Assembly: GCA_043824495.1 (NCBI GenBank)
Contig: JBDRSV010000005.1
Span: 64,001 to 128,000, forward strand
Length of the DNA: 64,000 bases
Direction: 5' to 3'
Source of the DNA: Candidatus Aenigmatarchaeota archaeon
GTDB taxonomy: Archaea; Aenigmatarchaeota; Aenigmatarchaeia; QMZP01
Shown here: positions 8,753 to 19,200 of the stretch, piece by piece
Layout: every line of letters starts with the position of its first letter
How positions within the stretch are numbered: the stretch's first letter is position 1
Translations under genes and position numbers: made by a program
The notes under the pieces: generated by a model
The model's input: only the letters and a program-made list of their open reading frames with translations
Databases searched by the model: none
Told to the model about the DNA's origin: nothing

Positions 8753-10447
8753 CTATAAAGAATTAGTACATGCACTGTCTACACAAGTCTGATTTACTGT
8801 ACAATTAGCATCTTCTGTACACTCTGGAGGAGTTGTGTCTTCCACACAAATATTATCTATACATATTTGGCCATCTGCACAACCCGTAGCAATTGTACAC
8901 TCTACATCGGGTATATCTACACATACATTGTCTACACAAGTCTGATTTACTGTACAATTAGCATCTTCTGTGCATTCAGGAGGTTCTTGTTGTTGTGTGC
9001 ATATACCATTTGTGCACCCATATCCTTCTTCACAATCATCGTTTACTGTGCATTCATTCTCGGTTGCATTCACGTCTTTGCCTACAACTCCACTCTTTCC
9101 AATAACTGGTAGCAAATTGTATCTGTTTGTGTTTCCTCTTTTAACAACGTTTATGTCAAATACAAATTTTGTTGTTTCTCCTGCTACAATTCTGAAAGGT
9201 CTTACTATTTGTAATTTGTTGCTTGGAACCTGCACTTCAACTGTTTCACCGTCCACAACACCATCGACATCAGAAACATGGAGTTCAACTTTTGAGTATG
9301 ATCCCTCTTCTAAGTTGATGTTTAAAATTGAGATTGCTTGTTCTCCAATTACCTGAGTAAGATCAACCGATGTTCCATTCAAGTCAAATTCTTCAAAACC
9401 TTCGTTGAAAACTCTTGCTTTTGAGAAAGTAACTATAAGTGCATCAAAATCTCCTATATCAGCTTCTTTATCAGAGACGAATAGGTTGAAGTTTCCTCTT
9501 TCGGTTCCCATGCCTCTGATTATATCATCTACATTCTGTTTTACATCATCTGGGATGTTTTCTGGTATGTTGCCTAAGTTATCTGCTTGTTTCAATGTCT
9601 CAATTACCCTTTCCCTTTCTTGAGTAGAAATCTGCAATGCGTTTTGTATTGCATTCTTGGCTTGTTCTGGTATATTTTCATAACCATAAACCATGCTAAG
9701 AACTTCTGCATGTCTGGTAGTTGCCTGAGCTACAAGCTGATCAACTGTAGTTGTGTCTTTTCCAATTGTCTTTGCAATTTCTGATATTCTGTTTGTTTCT
9801 GTCAGTCTGTTGGTGTATTCATTAAGGTCGTCATCAACATCAAAATCGCCACCAACAGCTCTTATTCGAACTCTTTCTAATTTCTTGTCAGCTATTCTAA
9901 ATTGAATTTCAGCGGCTCTTTCTGGTCTTTCTCTCTCCAGGGCTGCTAAAGCTGCTGTATTCCCTGTTTCAGAAGCTTGTAAGGCTCTTTGTATTCCTGT
10001 TCTTGCCTGTTCCGGTACTTTTTCAAGAATACCCGCTAAAATATCATTATGTAATGATGTTGCAACTGCAACACGTTCTCTGACTTCTGTTGTGTCTCTT
10101 CCAGCTGCTTGGACCGTCTGAGCTATTTCATTTGCTTTCACTATGTTCTGTTCATATTCATCTACCAAATTATCTACAAATTCAGGTTTGTTTTGTTCAG
10201 CCATTGCTTTGGCTTCTGCTAATCTCATTTCTGCAGATCTTATGTGTTTTCCTGCTCTTGCTACGTCATCAAAAGTAAATGCAAAATCTACACTCTCAAA
10301 AAACCTTCCAAAACCATACATGAAAGAGTCTGGAGTATTACCAACCTCTGGTAAGCCTTCTTCAAATGCTGTTGGTAAATCTATTGCTGCTACTGATTGG
10401 ATTGATGCTAACATGACTATTGTCAAGAGAATAGCGTATACTTTCAT
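8753..10447 (-). CDS. Secreted protein: DUF5667-like helical domain, DUF4382-like beta domain, Cys-rich tail
   Basis: Signal peptide; PDSFMYGFGRFFE...AEMRLAEA; FNLFVSD...VDLT...YSKVELHV...VPSNKLQI; repeated CxxDxxCxxxQxCVD. Confidence 0.75.
   Translation of the reverse strand: MKVYAILLTIVMLASIQSVAAIDLPTAFEEGLPEVGNTPDSFMYGFGRFFESVDFAFTFDDVARAGKHIRSAEMRLAEAKAMAEQNKPEFVDNLVDEYEQNIVKANEIAQTVQAAGRDTTEVRERVAVATSLHNDILAGILEKVPEQARTGIQRALQASETGNTAALAALERERPERAAEIQFRIADKKLERVRIRAVGGDFDVDDDLNEYTNRLTETNRISEIAKTIGKDTTTVDQLVAQATTRHAEVLSMVYGYENIPEQAKNAIQNALQISTQERERVIETLKQADNLGNIPENIPDDVKQNVDDIIRGMGTERGNFNLFVSDKEADIGDFDALIVTFSKARVFNEGFEEFDLNGTSVDLTQVIGEQAISILNINLEEGSYSKVELHVSDVDGVVDGETVEVQVPSNKLQIVRPFRIVAGETTKFVFDINVVKRGNTNRYNLLPVIGKSGVVGKDVNATENECTVNDDCEEGYGCTNGICTQQQEPPECTEDANCTVNQTCVDNVCVDIPDVECTIATGCADGQICIDNICVEDTTPPECTEDANCTVNQTCVDSACTNSL
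8776..8971. repeat. Exact 43-bp intragenic duplication (8776..8818 and 8929..8971)
   Basis: tgtctacacaagtctgatttactgtacaattagcatcttctgt occurs twice and encodes TEDANCTVNQTCVD. Confidence 0.9.
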
Positions 10448-10479
10448 ATATAGTAATATTACTGTTATAGTATATAAGA

Positions 10480-11574
10480 CTATTTTGCAAGAGATTGTAC
10501 GCGTGCTAGGATTTCTGGTTGGATGTAGTGGTGTATTGTGACATTGTAACCTTCTTTCCAGGTTTGTTCTTTTTTGTCAAATCTTTTGTGTCCTAGATCA
10601 GCTGCTATACTTGTAAATAGTTCTCTTATTTCCTTTTTTGTGGCGGTTGTGTGTGTTGATAAGAATTGTTTCGCTTCTTTAGTTGCATAATAAGATCTTA
10701 CTATATGTGGATAGAATTCCTTTCCACAGTATTTCTTGAAAGCTTTCTTGAAGTGCTTGTCATCTAAAGGGTGACCTGTATGGCTTGTAAATACAAATGA
10801 TGATGATTCTAAAGGCTGAAGCATACTATATAGTCTTTCTATATATATCCCTGGGAATTCTCTTGTTATGTTTCTAGGAACCCCATCCTTTGCTTTATAT
10901 TTGAACGTGACTTCTTTCCCATCGATCTTGATGTCAGATTTCTTTAGTGTAGTAAGACCTTTATGACCATGAGCTTTGTAGTAAATTTCATTGCCTATTC
11001 TCATATGTGTTTTGAGTAGAGTGTACATGGGAACTGCTATGGCATCCTCTTTATCGCTTAAAGCTGCTAATACATTTTGCTCTAACTTAGAATAGTATTT
11101 ACCGAATTCTTCAACTGATTTGTATTTCTTTTTTGTGAATTCAGCTTTCTTTTCAAGGGTGTATACGTAAGAGTAAGTTCCTCCTGGGTTCCTGTATAAT
11201 ACATCCCAGTGGTCATTTGACTCTTCATCATGCACAGTGAGCTGTTCTGCGAAGAGAGAATAGGCCTTATCTAGCTTTCTACCATCAGGTAATATGTTTA
11301 TTCTAGCTCCTTGACATTTCCCTTCGGGTGATAGTTGTCCTTTTAGAAATGTTGGGTCCTTCTTATCTATTAGGAAGTCATAGCTGCTATGAAACATGAA
11401 TAGTTTTACAACTTCCATTGTTTCAGTAAATTCTCTATCTATTTTCTTCCATGTAGAAGCCGTTCTTATTACAGTATCTAAACCTCTAGCTTTAATTCTG
11501 ATTGTTCCAGCAAGAAGAGGCTTATATTTTTTTCGTTTTCTTGGTTTCTTAAATCCAGGCTTTTTCATAGCCAT
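10480..11574 (-). CDS. Type IB DNA topoisomerase, short (poxviral/bacterial-like) form
   Basis: Catalytic set MRIGNE (Arg), YKAKDG (Lys), HIVRSY (Arg), LGHK (His), HHYIQP (Tyr). Confidence 0.85.
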   Translation of the reverse strand: MAMKKPGFKKPRKRKKYKPLLAGTIRIKARGLDTVIRTASTWKKIDREFTETMEVVKLFMFHSSYDFLIDKKDPTFLKGQLSPEGKCQGARINILPDGRKLDKAYSLFAEQLTVHDEESNDHWDVLYRNPGGTYSYVYTLEKKAEFTKKKYKSVEEFGKYYSKLEQNVLAALSDKEDAIAVPMYTLLKTHMRIGNEIYYKAHGHKGLTTLKKSDIKIDGKEVTFKYKAKDGVPRNITREFPGIYIERLYSMLQPLESSSFVFTSHTGHPLDDKHFKKAFKKYCGKEFYPHIVRSYYATKEAKQFLSTHTTATKKEIRELFTSIAADLGHKRFDKKEQTWKEGYNVTIHHYIQPEILARVQSLAK

Positions 11575-11668
11575 AATTATAATTAGGTTTGATTATTTTA
11601 TAAGGAGATACTTCAACTAGAAGAGGTTTGTATGATTTTCGTTTTCTTGGCTTAGGTCTATTTCTCAT
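11549..11668 (-). CDS. 39-aa basic peptide duplicating the TopIB N-terminus; not in the ORF track
   Basis: MRNRPKPRKRKSYKPLLVEVSPYKIIKPNYNYGYEKAWI; KPRKRKxYKPLL is shared with TopIB. Confidence 0.45.
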   Translation of the reverse strand: MRNRPKPRKRKSYKPLLVEVSPYKIIKPNYNYGYEKAWI

Positions 11669-11713
11669 CTTTATAATTAGTTTTCAATTGTTATATAGTG
11701 AAATTGACTATAA

Positions 11714-12088
11714 TTACTTCTTTTCTTTGAATTTGAGAGCTGCAGAGTTTATGCAATACGTTTTTCCAGTTGGTTTGTCTTTATCTCTGAATAAATGACC
11801 AAGATGACCTTTACATTTACTACATAAGATCTCAGTTCTTGGTATTATCAATTTCAAGTCTAGCTTCTTCTCTATAGCGTCTTTCTTAGCGTCCCAGAAA
11901 CTTGGTCACCCGCTACCAGAGTCATATTTCTTATCTGAACTGAAGAGTTCTGCTCCACAACCAGCACACATGTATACGCCTTTCTTTTTGTGTTCATTGT
12001 ATTTGCCTGTGAATGCTCTCTCTGTTCCTTTCTCTCTAAGAATATGATATTGTTCAGGAGTAAGCTTCTTTTTCCATTCATCTGCCAT
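11714..12088 (-). pseudogene. msrB: Methionine-R-sulfoxide reductase MsrB interrupted by an in-frame TGA at the conserved Trp
   Basis: ...YDSGSG-TGA-PSFWDAKK...RTEILCSKCKGHLGHLF...YCINSAALKF continues in frame to TAA at 11714. Confidence 0.85.
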
Positions 12089-12152
12089 GTGTATAATTTA
12101 TTTTCTGGTTATATAATCGCTTAGAGCTATCAGATTTATGCAACTTGGATTA

Positions 12153-12395
12153 CTAATTAGATTCTTCCCAGAAAATTACTCTTCTTTCTATGGTGTCTAT
12201 GAGATAGAAAAATGCTATTCCTGCAAGTGATATCATAACTATGCCTGCGAATAGCAAGCTAGTCTCCAGATAGTAAGAGGATGTTACTATCAAATGACCT
12301 ATTCCTGCTGAGGCTCCTGTAAATTCAGTAATAGTAGCTCCTACCACAGATAGAGTAGTTGCAGAAACAAAATACGCATCAGAAGTACGTATCAT
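12153..12395 (-). pseudogene. C-terminal fragment of a NitT/TauT-type ABC permease
   Basis: VVGATITEFTGASAGIGHLI matches the permease C-terminus; no N-terminal half or ATPase/binding-protein partners nearby. Confidence 0.6.
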
Positions 12396-12502
12396 AGTTT
12401 ATGAGATGAAGAGACAGAATAATAGCTAACGCTGTAGCTGATAAAAATAAAAAATGTTAAAATTTAATAAATACTTAAATTCATAAGAATACGCTTTTAC
12501 TC

Positions 12503-12763
12503 TTACTTATCTTCTTCGGTTTCTTCTTCAACTTCTTCAGTTTCTTCTTCAGTTGATTCTGTTTCTGCGGAACCAGCCAATGTTACGTTTACTGCTTTTG
12601 GACCTTTGTCTCCTTGCTCAACGTCAAAGTTAACTTCATCGTTTTCTCTGATTGTGACGCCTTCTTTAAGACCAGTTATGTGAACGAAATATTCTTTGTC
12701 GTCTTCGCCTGCTATAAATCCAAATCCTTTACTATCGTTGAAAAATTTTACTTTTCCTTTCAT
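12503..12763 (-). CDS. cspA: Cold-shock domain protein with acidic tail
   Basis: MKGKVKFFNDSKGFGFI...YFVHITGL (RNP1/RNP2) and GDKGPKAVNV; Glu-rich C-terminus. Confidence 0.92.
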   Translation of the reverse strand: MKGKVKFFNDSKGFGFIAGEDDKEYFVHITGLKEGVTIRENDEVNFDVEQGDKGPKAVNVTLAGSAETESTEEETEEVEEETEEDK

Positions 12764-12858
12764 TTAATACCTCAAATTTTTATTATCAGAAATAATACAA
12801 AATACCTTTCCGATACTCAGTAGATGAATTCTTTCTTTATAAAGGCATAAATAGCTGT

Positions 12859-13134
12859 TTAGAGGCCAAATTCTTCAACAAAGCCCACGATGGACTGGTA
12901 TTTACGTAAGAAATCGAAGCCTTTGTCTGTGAGTGTGATGAATTTTCTTCCTTTCTTATCTGCCTCTTCTCTGATGAATTTCTTCTCTATGAGCTCTTCA
13001 TAATACTCTGCGAATCTTTGAGAAGACATATTAGAGAATCTAAGTAAAGGGGTAGGTTTTATAGAGTTATTGTGTTCCCTAATAATATCTAGAATATCAT
13101 AGATTATTTCCATTCTATTTCTTTTTTTTATCAT
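12859..13134 (-). CDS. Archaeal winged-helix DNA-binding protein
   Basis: KRNRMEIIYDIL...FITLTDKGFDFL. Confidence 0.8.
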   Translation of the reverse strand: MIKKRNRMEIIYDILDIIREHNNSIKPTPLLRFSNMSSQRFAEYYEELIEKKFIREEADKKGRKFITLTDKGFDFLRKYQSIVGFVEEFGL

Positions 13135-13798
13135 TGGAAATTAGCCTTTTCTTAACCTTCAAATAGATTGAAAGGAAGATGAGTGCAGATATGATGTAAA
13201 TTGATGCTTTAGCTTCGAATTGGATAAATCTGCTTGAAGCAAGTAAATTGATTATCCAAAAGACTAACAAAGAAGTTATTATTATTCTATTTTGTTTTGA
13301 AACATGACCTTTAGTAATGGCCTTCTTGGATGACATTAACATGACAGATCCTATAAGAATTGCTGTCTGTAATAGCACCAATATGTCTGCAGATCTTGTA
13401 GCTAGCGAGAAGACGGAGAGTATTATAGCTGCTATGTGCATGAAACTGCTCAGGTTATGCCTGCTGATGTCTATCTTCCTGGACATTATAGTCATAACAA
13501 CTGAGAATACAGCTAAAGTGCTAAAATAACCTACAAGTAGGAATGTCAAGTCTTGATATGATAGCAAGAATCTAAACATTGGCCCTCTCATAGGACCGTG
13601 GGAAAACACTACAAATATGAAGAGGAATCTGAATATGTATGAAATAGCAAAGTAAAGGAAAATGTTTCTGAAATGGAATATTCCGCTGTGTTTTGATAAA
13701 CTGTAGATTCTTTGTGTCTTGATATATGTAGCTAAACAAATCACTGCAATTGCAATAGAATATATTATCTCTAGTATTAACCAATCTAATGGTGTCAT
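13115..13798 (-). CDS. Multi-pass membrane protein overlapping the wHTH gene
   Basis: About 7 hydrophobic segments; 20-bp overlap with the next gene. Confidence 0.75.
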   Translation of the reverse strand: MTPLDWLILEIIYSIAIAVICLATYIKTQRIYSLSKHSGIFHFRNIFLYFAISYIFRFLFIFVVFSHGPMRGPMFRFLLSYQDLTFLLVGYFSTLAVFSVVMTIMSRKIDISRHNLSSFMHIAAIILSVFSLATRSADILVLLQTAILIGSVMLMSSKKAITKGHVSKQNRIIITSLLVFWIINLLASSRFIQFEAKASIYIISALIFLSIYLKVKKRLISNDKKKK

Positions 13799-13934
13799 GA
13801 TTCTAAGTTATCCTCTCGGTATAAAAAGAATTATGGACTTGAAATGCACATTTCTACTCCTATCACTTAAATATAGTCTTCTGTCCAATTCAAGTTTAGG
13901 TGAAAAAGACCTTAAAAATCCAGAGGTGGAGTGA

Positions 13935-14576
13935 ATGAACGTGATATATGCGATGCTTGCAATATTTGTTGTGAGCGTTGCTACAGTTTCGGGCGCATAT
14001 GCCTTGGGACCAAGCCTGTTGGGACCAGCAAATGAAGAAGTTAAAAACGCACTAGCTAACGGAGACTATAATGCCTTCGTCGCATTAATGCAAGACAGAA
14101 TTCCAGAAACAATAACAGAAGAGAGATTTAACATGCTAGCTGGCAGATTTGCTACACATGAGGCAATGATGACAGCAGTAGAAAATGAAGACTATGATGC
14201 ATGGACATCTGCAATCTCGGATGAATATCCAAGAAAGGCAACAAGCCTTACTCAGGATGACTTCCAACAAATGATTGACAGACACGCATCAATGGAAGAA
14301 ATTAGATTGGCTATAGAAAATCGAGACTATGATGCTTGGTTAGAAGCCCAATCCAATCTCCAATTCGGATCAAAGTTCACACAACTTATAACTGAAGATG
14401 AATTTGATACGTTTGTGGACATGCATAATGCCAAAATGAACGGTGATTTTGATACCGCTAAAGAGCTCGCAGAACAGCTCGATTTAGATGGTTTCAGAAA
14501 CGGCTTTAGTAAACATGGCAACCCCCATGGAAAAGTTGGTTTTATGCACGGTGAGTGTATGGGAGCGGGAGCTTAG
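13935..14576 (+). CDS. Secreted helical repeat protein
   Basis: Signal peptide; repeated NGDYNAF / ENEDYDAW / ENRDYDAW / NGDFDTA. Confidence 0.7.
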   Translation: MNVIYAMLAIFVVSVATVSGAYALGPSLLGPANEEVKNALANGDYNAFVALMQDRIPETITEERFNMLAGRFATHEAMMTAVENEDYDAWTSAISDEYPRKATSLTQDDFQQMIDRHASMEEIRLAIENRDYDAWLEAQSNLQFGSKFTQLITEDEFDTFVDMHNAKMNGDFDTAKELAEQLDLDGFRNGFSKHGNPHGKVGFMHGECMGAGA

Positions 14577-14646
14577 TCTCCCCTCCTCATTCTTTCTTAA
14601 ACAGCTAGATGCAAACCTTTATATAATTTAATATTGTTCTAGTCTT

Positions 14647-15036
14647 ATGCCAATACATGCATATGCTTGTGGAGAAGATGAATGTAATTTTACTAGTGAT
14701 TACCTTATTCGTAATGCGGCTGATATTCCAACTGTGTGTCCTTGGTGTGAAACTGTTGGTTCTTTAGCAAGAGATTACAAGAGCGAGGGATTTGCTGCTC
14801 ATACATCTAGAAGAGCAGGTTCTGGTCACATTGTAGATTTTAAAACACGTCCAGATTTAGATGCTCCTCCATTAACTGGAGTGCTTGGTTTTCCATTGCT
14901 GGATGGTAGTATTTTATCTGCGCCAGATGGAGATTATCATGTTATAGAAGATAGTGGCGATCTTAGAATTAGACATGTTTTTGCTTCGAGAAATGGACAA
15001 GCAGAATATGTCCTCAAAAGTGTTGAGAGAAAGTGA
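14647..15036 (+). CDS. FmdB-like zinc-ribbon protein
   Basis: MPIHAYAC...C...CPWC pattern. Confidence 0.55.
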   Translation: MPIHAYACGEDECNFTSDYLIRNAADIPTVCPWCETVGSLARDYKSEGFAAHTSRRAGSGHIVDFKTRPDLDAPPLTGVLGFPLLDGSILSAPDGDYHVIEDSGDLRIRHVFASRNGQAEYVLKSVERK

Positions 15037-15085
15037 TTACTTCTTGAAAAGAAAAAAGATTTAAGCAACTGAAGCTAATTTTTAA

Positions 15086-15454
15086 TTGATGATAGAACTC
15101 TCGTTGATTATAGTTGCAATTGCAGCTCTTGTAGTTATAATTGCTGTTGTAGGAGCAGTTGAGTGGAAAAAGAAAGAGAAGCATAAAGAACCAGATTACT
15201 ACATATTCTTTTTAATGGGTTTGATATGGGTAATTATAGGAATATTTTCATTGTTCATGTATGATGATTTTGAATTTAGTCCATTATTTACTTTAGGAAT
15301 AATATTTCTAGCTGTGGGATTAGCAAACAAGAGTAAATGGAAGAAACAGAAAACACCTTTAGCTCACTCACATAAAATGCTTGCTGTGATTAGTGTGTTA
15401 ATAGTAGTGTTTGTAATTGCGCTTGCTTTCTTATTAGCAAGAGGATTTATCTAA
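15086..15454 (+). CDS. Small membrane protein
   Basis: Four hydrophobic segments. Confidence 0.7.
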   Translation: MMIELSLIIVAIAALVVIIAVVGAVEWKKKEKHKEPDYYIFFLMGLIWVIIGIFSLFMYDDFEFSPLFTLGIIFLAVGLANKSKWKKQKTPLAHSHKMLAVISVLIVVFVIALAFLLARGFI

Positions 15455-15455
15455 T

Positions 15456-16100
15456 TCAACCACACAAGAATCTAATGAGTTCTGGTATTGATCTTCCACC
15501 TAATTTTGGGGTTTCTTCTGCTAATTCTGGCCAATTGAAATCATATACACTACCTATTACATTTCCAAGCTCAGCTGCTAAAATAGTATCTTCTGGACTA
15601 ACACATAAGAGACTCTTTCCCCATACTTCTATTGCTTTGCCTGCATCGATGGGTTTATCAGTTAAGTAAGCAACAGGTTCAAAATCATCTTGTGCCATCT
15701 CGCTTCCTACTGCTCTAAAAGAATCTGGATTTTCCCTACTTCTACTACCAAAAGAATAATAACCATCTACTAAAGGATCTATTCCCAGAGCTTTGTATGT
15801 TCTCTGAGACTCATCAACTGTTGCTCCTGCAGCTACAACAAAACCTAACCCTAAATCTCTTATAGCTGTGATGACGTCTGGAATAATAGGATGTATAAGC
15901 TCACGTGTTGGTTTATCAAGTCTCTGTGTCCTAATCGCAGCTGTTACAAGTTTGTATGCATATCTTCTTCTTTGACTTGATGGTTGTCTTTCTATGTCAT
16001 CCCATATTAATTGCCGTCCCAAATACGCCTTAATATGAGGAACTTCTAATAAACTTGGAGTTAGGGTATCATCTGTGTTAGTAGCTACTACGTATTTCAT
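15456..16100 (-). CDS. HAD-superfamily-like protein with degenerate motif I
   Basis: VVATNTDDTLT (N in place of the nucleophile Asp) and YLTDKPIDA. Confidence 0.5.
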   Translation of the reverse strand: MKYVVATNTDDTLTPSLLEVPHIKAYLGRQLIWDDIERQPSSQRRRYAYKLVTAAIRTQRLDKPTRELIHPIIPDVITAIRDLGLGFVVAAGATVDESQRTYKALGIDPLVDGYYSFGSRSRENPDSFRAVGSEMAQDDFEPVAYLTDKPIDAGKAIEVWGKSLLCVSPEDTILAAELGNVIGSVYDFNWPELAEETPKLGGRSIPELIRFLCG

Positions 16101-16287
16101 ATTTGATCACTAGAAGTAAAATTTAAAAGGGTTTTATGTCATCTTAATATCTCATAATCTCTTGCCAAATTTTTTGATTTCTTAAGTGTAAGGTCAACAT
16201 TTATACCATGCTCTTCCAAGACCTGCATCATCTCATCAAGTTTTCCTCACCTAAAATAATGTCCGTTGATGTCACTGATTCTTCCTG

Positions 16288-19200
16288 CTAGCAAGTAGGT
16301 TCAGGTGCACCTGCAAACAAGTGGTCAATCATAATTGCTAGATCAAGAGCTGTTGGGAAACCATCTCCGTCCAGATCAGCTATCCATGGAGGATCAGGTA
16401 ATGGGTGTCCAGCGAATAGAATGTCAATCATGATTGCAAGGTCAAGAGCTGTTAAGAAACCATCTTTGTCCAGGTCGCCGCAAATATCTAGAGTAGAGAT
16501 TTCAAGTTCTCTGAAATTTATGTCATAATTTCCATTTTGATCTGTAGCTGAAATCGCATACAAATACTCGTCTCCTATGGTACCTTCAACATTCCAGCTT
16601 ACAATAACTGAAGTGCCTGGATTGATTGATCCTAGAGGCTGTGAGATTGGATCTATTACAAAAAAATCATCACTTATATTCAAGGAAGCGACAGTGTTGA
16701 TGAGAGTATAATCTCCGAGATTTGTTATTTCAGCTGAGATTGTGGTTGTTTCACTTACTTCTGGAGATTCTGGAAAATGCATCATACCACTTACTTGAAT
16801 AACTGGAGGCGATAAGACATCTATTCCTTCTACTATTGTCTTGAATCCGGTGTCAGATGAATCTGCTGCTAAAACAAAGTTGTGTTCGCCTGAGTGTATT
16901 ATTTTCATAGGAATATTAGCTACATCTGTTTGTCCTGCTGACAGGCTTGATATGGCATATGTAACATCAGAAGTGGCATAGAACGGTGTTATTAGTCTCA
17001 CTTCTATATCATTAATTTGTGATCCTAGTAGATTTTCAACTGAAACAGTTGCAGTGAAAGTCTGATTCACATCTACTACTAAAGGGATTGTGAGTGTCAC
17101 ATCAAGACCTGGGTCAACTGTGAAGAAGGAGAGGTCAAAACAATCTTCGGTAGTTGTTGTTACTTCAAAATCTCCGTTATCAACATAATCTGTACTTGTG
17201 ATTATAAAGCTCTTGGAAACTGAGCTAGAAGGCGGTATGGTAAGACTATCAAAGTCATTTAAGATTAAAATTTCGCTTGGTATTGTGTGCTGTGGAGCAA
17301 ATTGGACAGTCTCTTCTATTAGAGGTGTTCTTACATTTATTTCTGAATTCACGTTTTGTGTAATTGCTCCATTGTTCTGGAATTCAATTGTCAAATTCAC
17401 ATCTTCTCCGAAAATATAATCTGATTTGTCTGTAGATGTTGTGATGGTAAGATCACAGGAGTTTAGGCTTGAGAATGATTTTGGAGGCATAGGAGGCGTG
17501 GGTTTTGATGTATTATATTCTTTTATAAGACTTGTCTTATTTCCTGTGTTAGGATCTTGAGTAACTGGAGCAGCTGTAGGTCTTCCAGTTCTTGGTCCAC
17601 CTTCACAAGAATGATCTCTCCAATAGTCCTCTTGTGTTACACCTGTGTCTTCGTAGCCACCAGTTGCATCTAGAATCAGCCACTGAGTTCCATTCCAGTA
17701 TTCTGCCCAGCAGTGATAGTTCCATAAGCTTGTAGCAGTTTTTCTAACCCATTGTCCTGTAACAGCCCTTGCTGGAATATTCTCTGCTCTGAGTTTACCA
17801 ACCAGAACCATACAGTTATCACTACATTCGCCATCTGCCCAGCCGCTTGGACCTGTTGATCCATTTGAGTGAGCTAATAAAGCATTTAGGTATGTTTTAA
17901 TGTTTGCATAACAACCGTTTCCGTAAGTTGTATGCTCAGTTACCCATTCTCTCTTTTTCTTTGCAGCATCATCCTCGTCTGTCGTTCCATTTTCAATCTC
18001 ATTTATTTCTCTAGTATACAGCGCATTATAAATATCAAGTTGTACTACTCTTCCAATCTCTCTAGCAGGGCTCCATCTTGTGTCATAAAGTGACTCGTTT
18101 GTTCCGTGTTTCCATTGCAACCACTCTGCATTTGACCAGCTTGCAGGTTTCGTCATACTGAAAATAACTGTAAAATCTCTTGTTATGTCTATTGTGTCTA
18201 TTCCATTGGTTATTGAAATTGTAGCGGTGTATTTACCAATTGGTCCAGCAGCAGATGTTGAGATCTTGAAAACTTCGTAATGAAATCCTTCTGGTGCAAT
18301 TAATTTTTTCTTGCTTAACACCTCGGTTGCATTCAGTTTGTTACCTAAAGAATCAACAACAGTTATGTTTTTAGCTGATAGGTTGTTTCTTTTCACAATA
18401 TAAATATAGACATCTTCTCCTCTCCTGTAAGTTGTAGCTTCATATCTCTTGTCATTGTTTGCAACTGTGACACTTATCTCGTTCAGTATCAAAGGTGTGA
18501 CAGCATTCACTCTAATGTCAAAGAAAATATTATCAAAGCCACCAAAATTATCATCCACCAAAACCTCAATAAAATAATCCCCAGCATCTCCAATACCTGT
18601 CTGCCAGAAAAAGTCTCCAGTAATAGGATCTATTACTGGACAATCCAAAACTCCACATTCAGCTTGTGTTAGTGAATAAGTGACAAGATCGTCTCCGCAT
18701 ATTTGCATGTCTAAGTCAACTGCATTGGCAGAAGTAAAAGCGAAATCTCCTTCGTTAATTGTAATGGTGGAAATTGGATCTAGTTCTGGAAGCCTGTTGA
18801 TATTAAGGACGTTTATAGAAACGTCTGAAGATCCTAGAGGAACATAACATTCTTGGCCTGCTTCAGAGGTAAATATATAATATTCAGACTGACAGTTATT
18901 AGGAGTCCAAGTAAATGTGCCTTGAACTTCTCCTGGAGCTGATACTGTTGGATAAGTTGCTCCTGGAGGTAAATTATTTGACCATGTGCAAATAGGTAGT
19001 GCTGGGTTTGGAGGATTCCATCCCCAAGTCATATAAAATTCAAGTAGCTCTCCTTCTTCTACATCACAAAAACATTCTCCAAAATTCACACATTCTGGCT
19101 CTTCAAAGTTACAATAATACTGAGCGTCTTTGTTTGATGAATCGGATGAAACCATGCTTTGTATAGAAGATGGTATAGGCTCAATTTGTAATGTATTTTG

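Noticed and set aside
10480-11574. Integrase marking a provirus
   Set aside because: RIGNE, GLTTL and KxKDG match TopIB, and there are no phage genes or att sites nearby.
11906-11908. TGA reassigned to Trp, or selenocysteine, in msrB
   Set aside because: TGA ends clear genes such as rps6e and Trp is TGG elsewhere; the position is a conserved Trp, not the catalytic Cys where Sec occurs.
16130-16285. Possible gene remnant on the minus strand (GKLDEMMQVLEEHG...)
   Set aside because: Short, interrupted by a stop, and no family recognised.
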